Source: Malacoraja senta (lineage: Eukaryota). Taken from it: a DNA stretch of 64,000 bases. Of this stretch, positions 11,222 to 23,004 are shown one piece after another; the stretch's first letter is position 1, and each line of letters begins with the position of its first letter. Below the pieces are notes generated by a model. It searched no databases. It had not been told where the DNA came from and was given only the letters and a program-made list of their open reading frames with translations. The stretch lies in NCBI GenBank assembly GCA_038087875.1, contig CM075993.1, positions 496,001-560,000 on the forward strand. Reading direction: 5' to 3'. The position numbers and the translations under genes were made by a program.

Positions 11222-12861
11222 GTACTTTCTTGTACTGAGAATATTTGACTGCGTCACCTGGAGGGGAAGGATCTTAATTACGGAAATCATGAAATGGAAT
11301 CAGTTTGGATGGAGCTAAGAAATAGTGAGTTGGGAGTTGCCCTCAGACAGAAAGAGTAGTGCAGGAACAGCATAAACCAGCAAATCTGAGATCCAGTACA
11401 GGCAAAGAATAGTTAAAGTTAATGTGGACCCGTTAGAATCTGATGCAATTATACTGTGAATTGGGGAAATTCAGAGAAATTAAAGAAATGTTTTGTGTTT
11501 TTTTTCACTGAAGGAGACCCAAAAACATTCACAGAAAGACTGGGGAACTCGAGGTCCAGCGAGATTGCTCAGAGAAATTAGTCAGTAAATAAACTGTTGG
11601 GGGTTTAATGAGAGTGAAAGGAAATAAATCAGTAGGAGCTGAAGACCTATGTTGTGGAGATTGTGGATGCAGTGCTTCCAGCATTCCATGTAGTTGAGAA
11701 GGAATCGCAGTCTTATACTTTTTAATATATATATATATATATGTGTGTGTGTTTAAAACCCTTTGTGCTGGATTGTATGTTGTCTCTCAACAGCCAGCAG
11801 AGTCCTAAAAGCAGCAGTAGGAAGGAAAGAGCAGAGAGCAACAAGCAAGAACTCACCAAACCCGAAAAATCCCATAACATGAGGTAATATCTTCTCGTGA
11901 ATGAAAATGAGCATCTTCTGATTGTGTGGTGGATAAAGTAGTTCCATCACTCGACTCTATCTGCAAAGGCATTGTTAGTGCTGTCTGACAACTCTTCACT
12001 TATGATGCCCAGTGACTACCAACACTTGTTTACATTCTGTCTTCATGTCCAAGGCAGTCACTTTCACCTCACCTCTTTTGTCTCTGTTTGGTCATGTCTG
12101 TGATGAGGTGTGGAGCACAAACTGGGCATTAGGAGTACACAGAGACCCATGTGTGTGGTGGAAGGAATCCTCTGCCTCAGTCTGTCCACTTGCCTGCCTC
12201 ATCAGGCAACTCATCAGGCCCAGTCTGTGTGAGCGTCTATAGTTCCCATATTGACCTCACCAGCCACCCCAGAACCAGCAGAACCAGAGTGGAAGCAGGG
12301 CACCCTTGATCCTGAGGCACTGCTTTAGTAGTCAGTGCTTGCCAACACTGGCAGAAGGAACAGTGCTATTGTTTGACCGTAGATTGGTTGGGCAGTAGTT
12401 AGCCAGGTTGCATTTGTACTGTTGAGGATCCAGAATTAGGTGGATAAACAATCTACGAGGAGGAAGAAGAGAGCCAGTGGAAGGATACGGAGAGGGAGTT
12501 GGCTGATGTAGCATCATATGGCCCCCTGCTCCTGTTTCTTTATGAATAGTAAATGTCGGGGCAATTTTGCACAAAGTTGGGCAAATGCCAGTGTTGTAAC
12601 TCCATTGAAACCCCCATCTTCTGTATTGCATTGGCATGTTGTCTAGTCCCATAGTCATTAACAAGTGCGCTGCGCTGTTTCCTGATGTCAAAACGGAGTG
12701 AGGCAGATTGGCTGGAGACTGGCTAATAAGCATCAGCGATGATGCAGAAATCTTAGATGCCGATGTCTGTGAACTTATAAAAGTAGCACCTCCACAGTTC
12801 AGAGAAAAAGTGGTCTGATAAAAGTCCATGTGACCATGTGTGCTTTGTGTGTGTTGTGCAG

Positions 12862-13099
12862 GTCTCCTGATGGGATGCTGGCCTCTGGATTACAGGGACT
12901 GTCCATTGCAGAGTCTCACCTGGTGGAGCTGGAGAGAGATACACTGCACTTGTACGGGCTAGGTGCCCTGGAATCCCTGGAGCGCAGCTGGGGGGTGCAA
13001 TCCGCAGCTGCCGTCACCACCGTCTCCTTCATGTTTATCGATTTCGATGAGATTATTCCCATGTTGCCACGTTTAAGGATTAAATTCCCAAATATTTTG
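12862..13099 (+). CDS. LRRC49: LRRC49 coding exon
   Basis: cag|G TCT...TTG|gtaaga; SPDGMLASGLQGLS...TLHLYGLGALESLERSW...LRIKFPNIL. Confidence 0.93.
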
Positions 13100-13298
13100 G
13101 TAAGATTTTTTGGGAGACAGATATGTGAGGGTAGGATAACTAAGAGGGTGACTGAAAATCGCTTATAGTTGCAGAGATTTTCATTTTAATACTGACTCTG
13201 CATTGTTGACGCATTTAAACGTTGCTGTCAGTGATGTTGATGAGAAACCTGGGTCTGGAGATTTGATTCGCAACATCTCTCGTGTCATTTGTTTGCAG

Positions 13299-13484
13299 CA
13301 TTTCAAGTTCCAGGACACAAACATACACAAACTGCAGCAGTTCAACGCGCTGGCACAGGGCCGCCGGTTGGACCAGCTCACCGTCAGTCCTCAGGGCAAC
13401 TCTGTGGTGAGCTTCAGTCTCTGGAAGTACTACGTCCTCTTCAGGCTCAGTCACTTTGGTCTCCAGAAAATAAATGGGGCAGAG
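13299..13484 (+). CDS. LRRC49: LRRC49 coding exon
   Basis: cag|CAT...GAG|gtaagc; HFKFQDTNIHKLQQFNALAQ...LWKYYVLFRLSHFGLQKINGAE. Confidence 0.94.
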
Positions 13485-13505
13485 GTAAGCACATCAGACA
13501 ATATA

Positions 13506-13580
13506 GGGCCCCAAAATCATGGGGCCCAACGTCACGGGGCCCAACATCATTGGCTCCATCCCCATTGGCCCCAATATCAT
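13506..13580. repeat. 15-bp minisatellite, 5 degenerate units
   Basis: GGGCCCCAAAATCAT / GGGGCCCAACGTCAC / GGGGCCCAACATCAT / TGGCTCCATCCCCAT / TGGCCCCAATATCAT. Confidence 0.8.
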
Positions 13581-13677
13581 AAGCTGACCTCTGATATCAC
13601 ACCTTCCTGATAGAAAATATCTCCTTGACAAATTCACCAGTTCCCTTACAGTATGTATATCACAGTTCCATTTACAT

Positions 13678-13891
13678 CAGGTAGTAGAAACAAGGAATTG
13701 CAGATGCTGATGTACAAAAAAAAGACACACAATGTTGGAGTAAGTCAGCGGGTCAGACATCATCCCTGGAGAACATGGATCGGTGATGTTCCGGGACTGA
13801 AGAAAGTTCCCATCCCGAAACGTCACCTATCCATGTTCTCCAGAGATGCTGCCTGACCCGCTGAGTTACTCCAGCACTCTGTGTCATTCTT
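13678..13891. mobile_element. Penelope-derived fold-back element with 12-bp TSD
   Basis: TTCCATTTACAT at 13666-13677 and 13892-13903; inverted arms; degenerate CTGAAGA...GAAACGTC core. Confidence 0.8.
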
Positions 13892-14065
13892 TTCCATTTA
13901 CATTAATCCCGTCATAGATCATTAGACATCAGTCTTGGCTTTTACTGCTTTAATATTTTCTTCTTGTGACTGGACATTTTCTTCTTGTGACTGATGAAAG
14001 TGTTTGTTGACCTAGACTTTAAATCCTCAGGTTAAAGCACATTGTTTGTTTTCTAATTGTAACAG

Positions 14066-14175
14066 GTAACTCCCATGGATGTAGTGATGGGTGAGCGACT
14101 CTTTGGGATTTTAGCACGTGTTGCTGCTTCACATATCCCCCAACCTCGCCTACTTTCATTACTTGGAGAAATCAA
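14066..14175 (+). CDS. LRRC49: LRRC49 coding exon
   Basis: cag|GTA...ATCAA|gtaaga; VTPMDVVMGERLFGILARVAASHIPQPRLLSLLGEI (not in the ORF track). Confidence 0.92.
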
Positions 14176-14777
14176 GTAAGAATTCATTTTATTGATAGTT
14201 CAGTTAAACAATAGGTTCTTTTGCCATAGAGTTGGTTATTGCTATTTGTAAATGTGTGTTCAGAAATATGCTGCAAGTAATCTGTTTACTTACTCCCAAG
14301 TGTTTCATGAAGCATAGTAGAAGGAGCTATTCTGTAAGAATTAGCCAAGGTTTTGTGGAAAGCGTGGAAACAGGTCCTTCGGCCCACACCAACAGTAGAT
14401 ACAAAATACTGGAGTAACTCGACGGGACAGGCAGCATCTCTGGAGAGAAGGAATGGGTCACGTTATCGGGTCGAGACCCTTCTTCAGACTCTTCATTCCA
14501 CACCAACCATTAATTATCTGATCCATCCTTCAGTTCCCATATAGAATAGAATCAAGAGTAATCCAGAGTTTCAGCGGGAGGGACATTTGTTTTTATTTTA
14601 GATTTCCAGCATCTGCTCCTGTATCAGTAACTTGCTGCTTACTTTGCTGAGGTTAAAGACTGACTGTATTTCAACCACATGTTTCATGCTTAGACACCAA
14701 TGATGCTATTGAGTGCTTTTTGATTATGTCGATTGATATGAAACGTGGTAACTTGCTAACATCGCAAACTACAAAAG

Positions 14778-14858
14778 CCCCCTCTTCTTCCCCTCCCCCT
14801 TCCCTCCCCCCCCCTTCCCTCCCCCCCCCCCCTTCCCTCCCCCCCCCCCCCCCCCCAC
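14778..14858. repeat. Poly-C / C-rich low-complexity tract
   Basis: Long C runs separated by T or TT. Confidence 0.9.
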
Positions 14859-14996
14859 CGCACTTCAGAGAGTGCAGCCCCGTGCTTCCTGAGGCCTCTC
14901 CTGACAAGGTGCTGTGAGACAAACTCTCCAGAGACAGGTCTACGGTTCAAAACCCCAGGAAAGGAAGTCCTCCAATTGTAACATTTTTCTTGTCAG

Positions 14997-15147
14997 AAAG
15001 AAGCAACTGATTTTCATACTGGAGGGGAAGGGGAAGAAAGCCGTGCTGACAATGGACGACTGCAAGGACATAAAGCTTGGAGGCGAGAGCATTGGCCGTG
15101 CCATCCTGAACTACTCCAACAGAGACGCCACCTCCGAACAATTCAAG
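14997..15147 (+). CDS. LRRC49: LRRC49 coding exon
   Basis: cag|A AAG...AAG|gtaaat; KKQLIFILEGKGKK...GESIGRAILNYSNRDATSEQFK. Confidence 0.9.
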
Positions 15148-15668
15148 GTAAATGCGCCCAGGCTGCCAGGCCAGCGCTGTTCTGTTGCCTTCTGCTAGAG
15201 TTCGCCAAGTGTGTCACTTGGTTATTGTGCTGCAGGGAGAATCACAGTGAAACCAACGTACAGATGCTCTTGATTTCATCCCTCAAGTCCCTGCTTCCCC
15301 CAGTAATTAATCTGTAACCCAGAGCCAACGAGCTCTGATAGTTCACCACCAGGCACAGTTTAAAGTGGTATTGACAAGGTAATGGACAGGACTGCAGTGA
15401 GTGAGGTGTCATCCTGAACTATGCTGTGCAGTGATTAGTAAAGTTGACCTTTGTCCTTCTGGGCATCAACAGCTTTCAATTTCTCAACCTTGAGAAAGTA
15501 CAGTACCTGAATTTTTTATCCAAAGTAGACAACTACATACTCGTCCACATTATATTCCTCCGTACATCCCTCTTCACTGTTTCCTCAGCTTTCTATTCCA
15601 ATAGAGCCATTTGCATTCCTTCTAATAGTTCACTGCTTCCCTGCTTTGTTTCATCAGAAACCTAGATT

Positions 15669-16825
15669 TTCAGAGAGCCTTTACTAAGGTGCCACATGGG
15701 TGGCTGCTAAGGAAGATGAGAACCCATGGTATTAAAGGGCAGATACTAGCATGGATAGCTGGTTGGCTGGAAGGCAGAAGGCAAAGAGCGGCAATAAAGG
15801 GGGCTTTTTCTGGTTGGCTGCCAGTGACTATCAGAGTTCCATGGGGCTCAGTGCTGGGGCCGCTACTCTTCACGTTCTATATTCATGATTTGGATGAGGG
15901 GATTGAAGACTTTGTGGCCAAGTTTGCGGATGATACGAAAATAGGTGGAGGGGCAGGTAGTGTAGAGAAAGCAGGGACTCTACAGAAGGACTTGGACAGG
16001 TTGGGAGAGTGGGCAGAGAAGTGGCAGATGGAATATAGTGTAGCAAAGTGTGGAGTTGTGCATTTTGATAGTAAGAATAAAGGAGTAGATTATTTTCTAA
16101 ATGGGGTGAGAATCCAGAAATCGAAGGTGCAAAGGGACATGTGAGTGCTGGTGCAGGATTCCCAAAACGTTAATCTGAAAGTCGAATCTTGCAATGCTAG
16201 CATTTATTTTGAGAGGGCTTGTTCACAAAAACAGGGATGTAATGCTGAGGACTCTATAAGGCGCTGGTCAGGTCGTATTTGGAATATTGTGAGCAATTTT
16301 TGGCACCGTATCTGAGGAAGGATGTGCTGGCTCTGGAGAGGGTCCAGAAGAGGTTTTCAAGAATGGTCCCAGGAATGAGTAGGTTAACGTATGATGAGCG
16401 TTTGCCAGCACTGGGCCTGTAATCACTGGAGTTTAGAAGAATGATGGGGGACCTCATTGAAACTTACCGAATAGTGAAAGCTTGGATAGAGTGGATGTGG
16501 AGAAGATGTTTCCACTAGTGGGAGAGTCTAGTACTAGAGGTCATAGTCTCAGAATTAAAGGACGTTCTATTAAGAAGATGAGAAGGAATTTATTTAGTCA
16601 GAGGGTGGTGAATCTGTGGAATTCTTTGCCACAGAAGGCTATGGAGGCAAAGTCAGTGGATATATTTAAGGCAGAGTTAGATAGATTCTTGATTAGTACA
16701 GGGGTCAGAGGTTATGGGGAGAAGGCAGAAGAATGGGGTTAGGAGGGAGAGATAGATCAGCCATGATTGAATGGCGGAGTAGACTTGATGGGCCGAATGG
16801 CCTAATTCTATTGTCACTTATGATC
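15669..16825 (+). mobile_element. CR1 LINE, 5'-truncated (RT domain to 3' UTR), disrupted ORF2
   Basis: PWGSVLGPLLF...KFADDTKIGG RT motifs, RPYLEYCEQFW, RGHSLRIKG...FSQRVVNLWNSLP; stops and frameshifts present. Confidence 0.93.
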
Positions 16826-17309
16826 AGCAAACCTGGACATACACTTGACTCTCATCTACATCGTTGATATAGATTGTGGACAATTGCTTCACATGTGGGA
16901 CATCACCAGTCACCATCTCCCATTCCAACAATGACCCATTTAATCCCATGGTTTGCTTTCTGTCCCTGAACCAATCTGTAATCCATGCCTTTTGAAAGTT
17001 TTCTGAAAGAAATATATCACATCAATTATACCAATGACCATACATCATTTGTGTAAATTTATGGCATTTTATTGTGATTTTCAAACACTGAACTCCAAAC
17101 CTGATTTGGATCTAGTGGCAAAGATACAATCGTTCTATCAGTAATAAAGACAGATAATGTTGATAATATTTAGCAAGTTATGGTGCTTTCCTGGGGAGAG
17201 ATTATGTTTTAGATCAAGAACATGATTTGGATTGTCCAGTAGAAAGGACAATATTAAGCTGCACGTTTTATTTAATAAACCTTTACCTATTTTCTTTATT
17301 TAACATTAG

Positions 17310-17504
17310 GAAACTAAGACATTTTGCCAAGTGTACGTCCAGAGACTGGTTAAAGATGCAGCTCTTATTGATGTTAAAAATGAATCGCTGCACAAGCTCT
17401 GGCCACAGATCTTCATTGAACTTGTGCGAGACTGTGTCATCCAGATGAGCAATAAGAACTCCCACATGAAACTGTGCCTGAGAAACATCATGCAGCGGAA
17501 ATGA
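17310..17504 (+). CDS. LRRC49: LRRC49 terminal coding exon
   Basis: tag|GAA; ETKTFCQVYVQRLVKDAALIDVKNESLHKLWPQIFIELVRDCVIQMSNKNSHMKLCLRNIMQRK, TGA at 17502-17504. Confidence 0.92.
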   Translation, partial: ETKTFCQVYVQRLVKDAALIDVKNESLHKLWPQIFIELVRDCVIQMSNKNSHMKLCLRNIMQRK

Positions 17505-19328
17505 TGAGGAAGCAGATCCACATTCAGCATTGGCCATCCTCTACCCTGAGAGAGCTCACAGCACCTCAATCACACCGCCATTCACACAGGAGCTTTCCTT
17601 CAGCATTTGGACTTCATTGGATCAAGTATTGCCAAATCGGTTGTTAAAAAACCTGCAGTGGGAAACTGAAATCACACTGGTGAAGGAAGCCAAAGCCATT
17701 GTTATACCAGTCTTCCCCTTCGAATGCAGGTAGCAGAACAGTCTGTCATGTTAGACCTCTACTGGGAGGGGCTCTGCTTCTGTTACCTGCTGACTCTATC
17801 TCTGCTGGGCTTAGACCAAAACGTGTATTAACTGAATGTTTTCTCCTCTCATCACTTTAGGATGATGGAGTAGTTGTGAGCAGAGTTACAACTTGTGAAT
17901 TCCAGCTCATTGTTTACTCATGTTATTAACAATCCAGAAATGTGGCTGCATAGAACCTGCTGGTTTCATGTAAGGTATTATCACAGCAGTTCAATAGTAA
18001 ATGTTATTATCATTAGAAACATTTCTTGTCTGAATTTGAACTGGGCGATGCTTGAAAATGGAACTAAAGATGGCCTGTCAGCAATGTGTTGTTGAATGAT
18101 GGACCAGGCCTTCCTTGGGGCCACTGTGGACTGCTGAGGGTACTCAGCCTGTTTCAGGTTTGTACACCTGTATGTGGGGTCGTTCTGTGTGTACGGTGGG
18201 CCCACATTGGCCCCCAAGACTGGACACCAATTACACCACTCACGCATGGCACCCGGATTTCAGCAGCAATTGTGTTCCGTGATCTTTGTACCATCTGGCA
18301 GGTGCCAATATTATCTCTTGACTGAAGATTTTACAGTGCGAGTTAATGGATGCTATTTTTGAGTTTATCTTGCCACTGCAGGGAAAGGAGCAAATATTAT
18401 GCACAGCTTTGATGATATTTGATGTTTTAACAGCTAATATCAGCTTTCATTGTAGACACACAGGGTGTAGGTATTCAACTGGTCAGTTTGGCTGTTCAGT
18501 TGGTTTTTAGGCTGCTCTGAACCACAACACCACCTATCTGCCTTTGCTCTGTCATCTATATCACTTTTCAACAAAAATCTAATAGTCTTGGCAGAATTGT
18601 GCCTGTTAATTAAAATATTATCCAATGATGTGTTAACTAAAATAGTCAGCTCACCACGTCAAGTCTTCAATGCCAAGAGTGTGCCATTGTTTACTGCATT
18701 GAATCTCCCATCATGAACCTGATTTGAGACAGTTCACCGACGGAGTTGGAGCCAAGGCAGCAGGCACAGCTACGATAGATCATGAATGTGGATTAATTGT
18801 GAAGTTATGTGCCAAGTGTGCTACATGGGTGTGGGACACTGCATGTGCATTGGATCTGGCCACTCAGTATGCATTCTAACACATCGCATGCTTGTGGACA
18901 AGAAGCACATTTACTACTTGGATTTTCTGTCTCCTCCATAAAATGACAAATTTGAGTAAAACCCTGTGAGATTTTAAAAATATTCTTTTAGTTTCTCGCT
19001 TGAAAAGTTAATGTACTTTGCTTGGAGTTGTTCAGTTCTGTGAGGATCTGCACTAGGGTTCAATGGTGTAAGAGATGGAACCCACAGCAGTCAGATCTGG
19101 AAGTTCTGGTTTATTGATTACATTTTATCATTTCAGTAATTAATCATTTTCAATTTAAATGTAATCATTTACCAGGCTGACGTCAATCATTAATTATTGT
19201 TTAACTATTCTAATTTTATATGCTTGATTAATTTCTGTAATACAATGATTTTCAGTTCACTTGATTGCTGGTACACTGCTTATTTCGCAATGATTTTTAC
19301 TCATTGCTGGTTGTATATGAAAAAAATC

Positions 19329-19568
19329 ATTAAAGTTTGTTTCAAATTCATTAATTACTATTTTATTTTACCATCTACATCCAGGCATAACATCCGAAAT
19401 GGCCATTCTACATAAACAGCTGTTGCGTGTGACGTGGCTTGCATGAACAGTGAACTCCCTCTCACTCCAGGTCAGGCTTCCCACTGACGGGCTGCACATC
19501 GGGCAGGTTTAGTACTCAGTACTTGGGTATTTCTGAAGTGCAGCTGGTGTCATAGAGTATGAAATAAA
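19329..19568 (+). terminator. Candidate LRRC49 polyadenylation signals (ATTAAA 19329-19334; AATAAA 19563-19568)
   Basis: Hexamers in AT-rich sequence about 1.8-2.1 kb after the stop codon; which one is used cannot be determined here. Confidence 0.4.
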
Positions 19569-19789
19569 ATTTATTGATGACTAATATTTACAGAATAATT
19601 AATTTTAATGTTTATGGATACTATAAAAAATAGTTTTTTTATACATGAAGCTAGTAATTATTTCTCCAAAGACCCATAGTCCCTAATACTACAGAAACTT
19701 AGCCCCACAGAAAGCAATCCTGTTTCTCATGAATTTTCCCTGAAACCTACTCAACACATCATGAACTTCCCCCCAGATTCTACCAGTCA

Positions 19790-19960
19790 TCCCCAAGACA
19801 ATTTATAATGGACAATTAACCTACAAACCCGCACATCTGTGGGAGGAAACCAGAGCACCCGGAGTAAGTGCACATGGTCACAGGAAGAACATGCAAACTC
19901 AACACAGCATCTGAAATCAGGATCAAACCTGGATCACTGGAGCTGTGTGGAGCAGCACCT
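19790..19960 (-). mobile_element. HE1/V-type SINE fragment
   Basis: Antisense central domain (TGTGGGAGGAAACCAGAGCACCCGG...CATGCAAACTC) and B-box-like GGATCAAACCTGG. Confidence 0.7.
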
Positions 19961-20319
19961 ATAGAGGAGTAGGTAAGTTTTGAAAGGACGAGGAAACTGA
20001 AGGCCATGAGGGGCTGTGGCGTCTGCTACTCCTTGTTCATTTATGTTCTCAGCGCAGCTGCTAAGCTTCAGCATTCTCATGACGTGGGCAACTTAAATGG
20101 ACTTGACCAGTGTGAAATATCAATGTCTTCGAGGTTTCCCCTCGGCTAAAACCTCCCATTAATCCTCCAGATATTGTCTATTTTTACTTCCTTCTCAGCA
20201 AGTGCTACGGCAATTGAGACAAAATGGCTTCAAATATCTCCTGCGGTACATTACGGTTTGCCCAATTAGTCACGCAATCTATAAATTAACTACAGAACTA
20301 GTTAAAAAAACGAAACTAG

Positions 20320-20850
20320 CAAAGGTACACAAAAATGCTGGAGAAACTCAGCGGGTGCAGCAGCATCTATGGAGCGAAGGAAATAGGCAACGTTTCGGGC
20401 CGAAACCCTTCTTCAGACTGATAGGGGGTGGGGAGAAGAAAGGGAAAAAGGCGGAGGAGGAGCCCGAGGGCTGGAGGAGGGGAGGAGACAACCAGAGGGC
20501 TGATGAAGGGGAGGGGACAGCAAGGGCTAGCAGAATTGGGAGAATTCAATGTTCATGCCACCAGGATGTAGACCATGGAGGAGACCCAGGACAGAGAGGT
20601 CAGATACGGAATGGGAGGGGGAGTTGAAGTGCTGAGCCACCGGGAGGTCAGGTTGGTTATTGCGGACCGACCGGAGGTGTTGGGCGAAACGATCGGCAAG
20701 CCTCTGCTCGGTCTCACCGATGTAGATCAGCTGACATCTAGAGCAGCAGATGCAATAGATGAGGTTGGAGGAGATGCAGGTGAACCTCTGTCGCACCTGG
20801 AACGACTGCTTGGGTCCCTGAATGGAGGCGAGGAGGGAGGTGAAGGGACA
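20320..20850 (-). mobile_element. Penelope-like element 3' fragment: GIY-YIG endonuclease plus 3' region with hammerhead-like motif
   Basis: ORF 20527-20796: RFTCISSNLIYCICCSRCQLIYIGETEQRLADRFAQHLRSV...PVAQHFN, typical of PLE GIY-YIG; followed on the same strand by CTGAAGAAGGGTTTCGGCCCGAAACGTT (about 20387-20417). Confidence 0.9.
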
Positions 20851-20885
20851 AGTAATTTCAATGTATAAAACAATGCTGGCGACTT

Positions 20886-20920
20886 GTCTGAAGAAGGGTT
20901 TCTAACCCGAAACGTTGCCT
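20886..20920 (+). ncRNA. Putative minimal hammerhead ribozyme motif in an inverted Penelope tail copy
   Basis: GT-CTGAAGA (20888-20894)-A-GGGTT-TCT-AACCC-GAAA-CG-TT-GC. Confidence 0.55.
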
Positions 20921-21520
20921 ATTTCCTTCGCTCCATAGATTCTGCCTCCAGCATTTTTGTCTGTTCTTATTTAGTAAAAGAAACCAACCACTCAGACTGC
21001 GTTTCCTCCCTCCACAATCCCCAAAATGGGGACAGGGAACGGTCATCAATGCCCACCAGCACTTGTATAAAACAAAGCTGGCAAACCGCTTCACGCTCAG
21101 GAGGAAACGCTGCAGCTCCTCATCATGGTTGGTGAGACCTTACTCTTTAGTACACGATTTCTCTAGTCACAGACTATAGAAATGATCCTTAAAAGTATAG
21201 CCTTAACTTCGCACTGTCTCTGCGCCTCCCTCCATTTACAACAACACACTTTTAAGTCACTCTGAGTAATGACCTTTTCATGGATTGTTCATAAAACTCA
21301 TCGAAAACATTGCAGATAATGTCTAGCCATCCCTTCCCGACCTTCCTAGACTTCCAATAAAGCAAAAGTGACATTATTATTATTACCACCCAGCAGGCAT
21401 GGAATGTGCATAGATTAGCAACCAGGCTCCAGCCATTGGCCCGCTGTTTGATCCGCCACTATTGCTGTAAATACCCGACACAATCACTGCAACAGTCAGA
21501 GAAGCAGAACATGCGCTTCA

Positions 21521-21580
21521 CCAACTTCCCTGAACTTCCCAAAACTCCCCCAAACTTTCCCAAACTCCCTCAAACTTCCA
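21521..21580. repeat. 10-bp tandem repeat, 6 units, consensus CAAACTTCCC
   Basis: ccaacttccc tgaacttccc aaaactcccc caaactttcc caaactccct caaacttcca. Confidence 0.8.
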
Positions 21581-22129
21581 GCCGTCTGACGCGTGGGCAG
21601 GGAATGCTCAGTAGAGCTCAGGGAGCCACCTGGTGGCTGCAGCTGGTAATGCACAAGCGCGACAGCGACAACTGATGGTGACCCTGACTCCACCCAGGAG
21701 ATGTGTTGTCCAACTCAGTCAGTTCCACCAGCATCACGTCGTTCTTCTCTGACCACTGCATCTTCTAGCCTTCCTGTCACCTACCAGAGGATCAGGTCAG
21801 GCATGGGATGCAGAAAGCTGAACGTCTAACGAAAGATGATCTTATAAGGAGTAAGGAGATGTCTGCAGGAGTACATTCTGAGGTACAAACTGACTCACAT
21901 ATAGTTTAAACAACCACATTAGACCAATCCCCCCTCCCCTGAAATATATTTAAAAAACGAGCAACAAAGTTCTGGGGTGGACGAATATGCCGGAGAAACT
22001 CAGCGGGTGAGGCAGCATCTATGGAGCGAAGGAATAGGTGACGTTTCTGGTCGAGACCCTTCTTTAGCATCTGCAGTTCTTTCTTAAACAAAGTTCTGGA
22101 AAAACTCTATAGTCGTCAACAAAATAGAG

Positions 22130-22635
22130 AGAGTACAGAGGAGATTTACTAGAATGTTGCCTGGGTTTCAGCAACTAAGTTACAGAGAAAGGTTGAACAA
22201 GTTAGGTCTTTATTCTTTGGAGCGCAGAAGGTTAAGCGGGGACTTGATAGAGGTCTTTAAAATGATGAGCGGGTTAGACAGAGTTGACGTGGATAAGCTT
22301 TTTCCATTGAGAGTAGGGAAGATTCAAACAAGGGGACATGACTTGAGAATTAAGGGACAGAAGTTTAGGGGGAACATTAGGGGGAACTTCTTTACTCAGA
22401 GAGTGGTAGCTGTGTGGAATGAGCTTCCAGTGGAAGTGGTGGAGGCTGGTTCGATTTTATCCTTTAAAAATAGATTGGATGGGTATATGGACGGGAAAGG
22501 AATGGAGGGTTATGGTCTGAGTGCAGGTAGATGGGACTAGGGGGAAGTATTTTTTTTTTTTTTAAATGTTCGGCACGGACTTGAAGGGCCGAGATGGCCT
22601 GTTTCCGTGCTGTAATGGTTATATGGTTTATATGG
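22130..22635 (+). mobile_element. CR1 LINE 3' fragment, open ORF2 C-terminus
   Basis: LSYRERLNKLGLYSLERRRLSGDLIEVFK...FFTQRVVAVWNELP; ATGGTT-type tail. Confidence 0.92.
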
Positions 22636-22961
22636 TCAGTCAGCATCTGTGGAGGAATAGACAGTGACATTTCGTGCTGGTCAAGAATCCAGCATCCAGT
22701 CTTTAATATCTCTATAGAAAAGTTTTGTCAGGGAGAGGCTGTTGAGAAATCTCTAAGTTGTGTTCACTATTTGAAAAATCAGTTAACTATTTAAGACAGC
22801 TATGATATTACCATGACAGAGCAGTCGAGGGGCCGAGTAGCCTCTGCTCTGAAAAACATAATATAACCACATCACAGGCATTTCTTCTCAAATCCCTAGT
22901 TTCATTTAAAATGTAAATTGAAATTGTCCTTCCTTTGATTAATTTAAATATAATTCCATTT

Positions 22962-22968
22962 AAAAAAA
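22962..22968 (-). terminator. RNA polymerase III terminator (T7) for tRNA-His
   Basis: A7 on the plus strand, i.e. T7 on the minus strand; the first T run downstream of the tRNA, 36 nt past its 3' end. Confidence 0.85.
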
Positions 22969-23004
22969 GTAAGCTCCCAATGCCGTGCCATTGCTTCACC
23001 GCAA

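Larger units (their letters stand above)
1469..17504 (+). other. LRRC49: LRRC49 gene span within the window (last 10 coding exons; 5' part outside window)
   Basis: Ten AG/GT-bounded exons (144, 62, 148, 84, 176, 238, 186, 110, 151, 195 nt) splice in frame into a protein recognisably collinear with vertebrate LRRC49, from the LRR region to the C-terminus. Confidence 0.95.

Noticed and set aside
14671-14950. Poly-Pro / poly-Gly ORFs
   Set aside because: Translation of an intronic poly-C tract.
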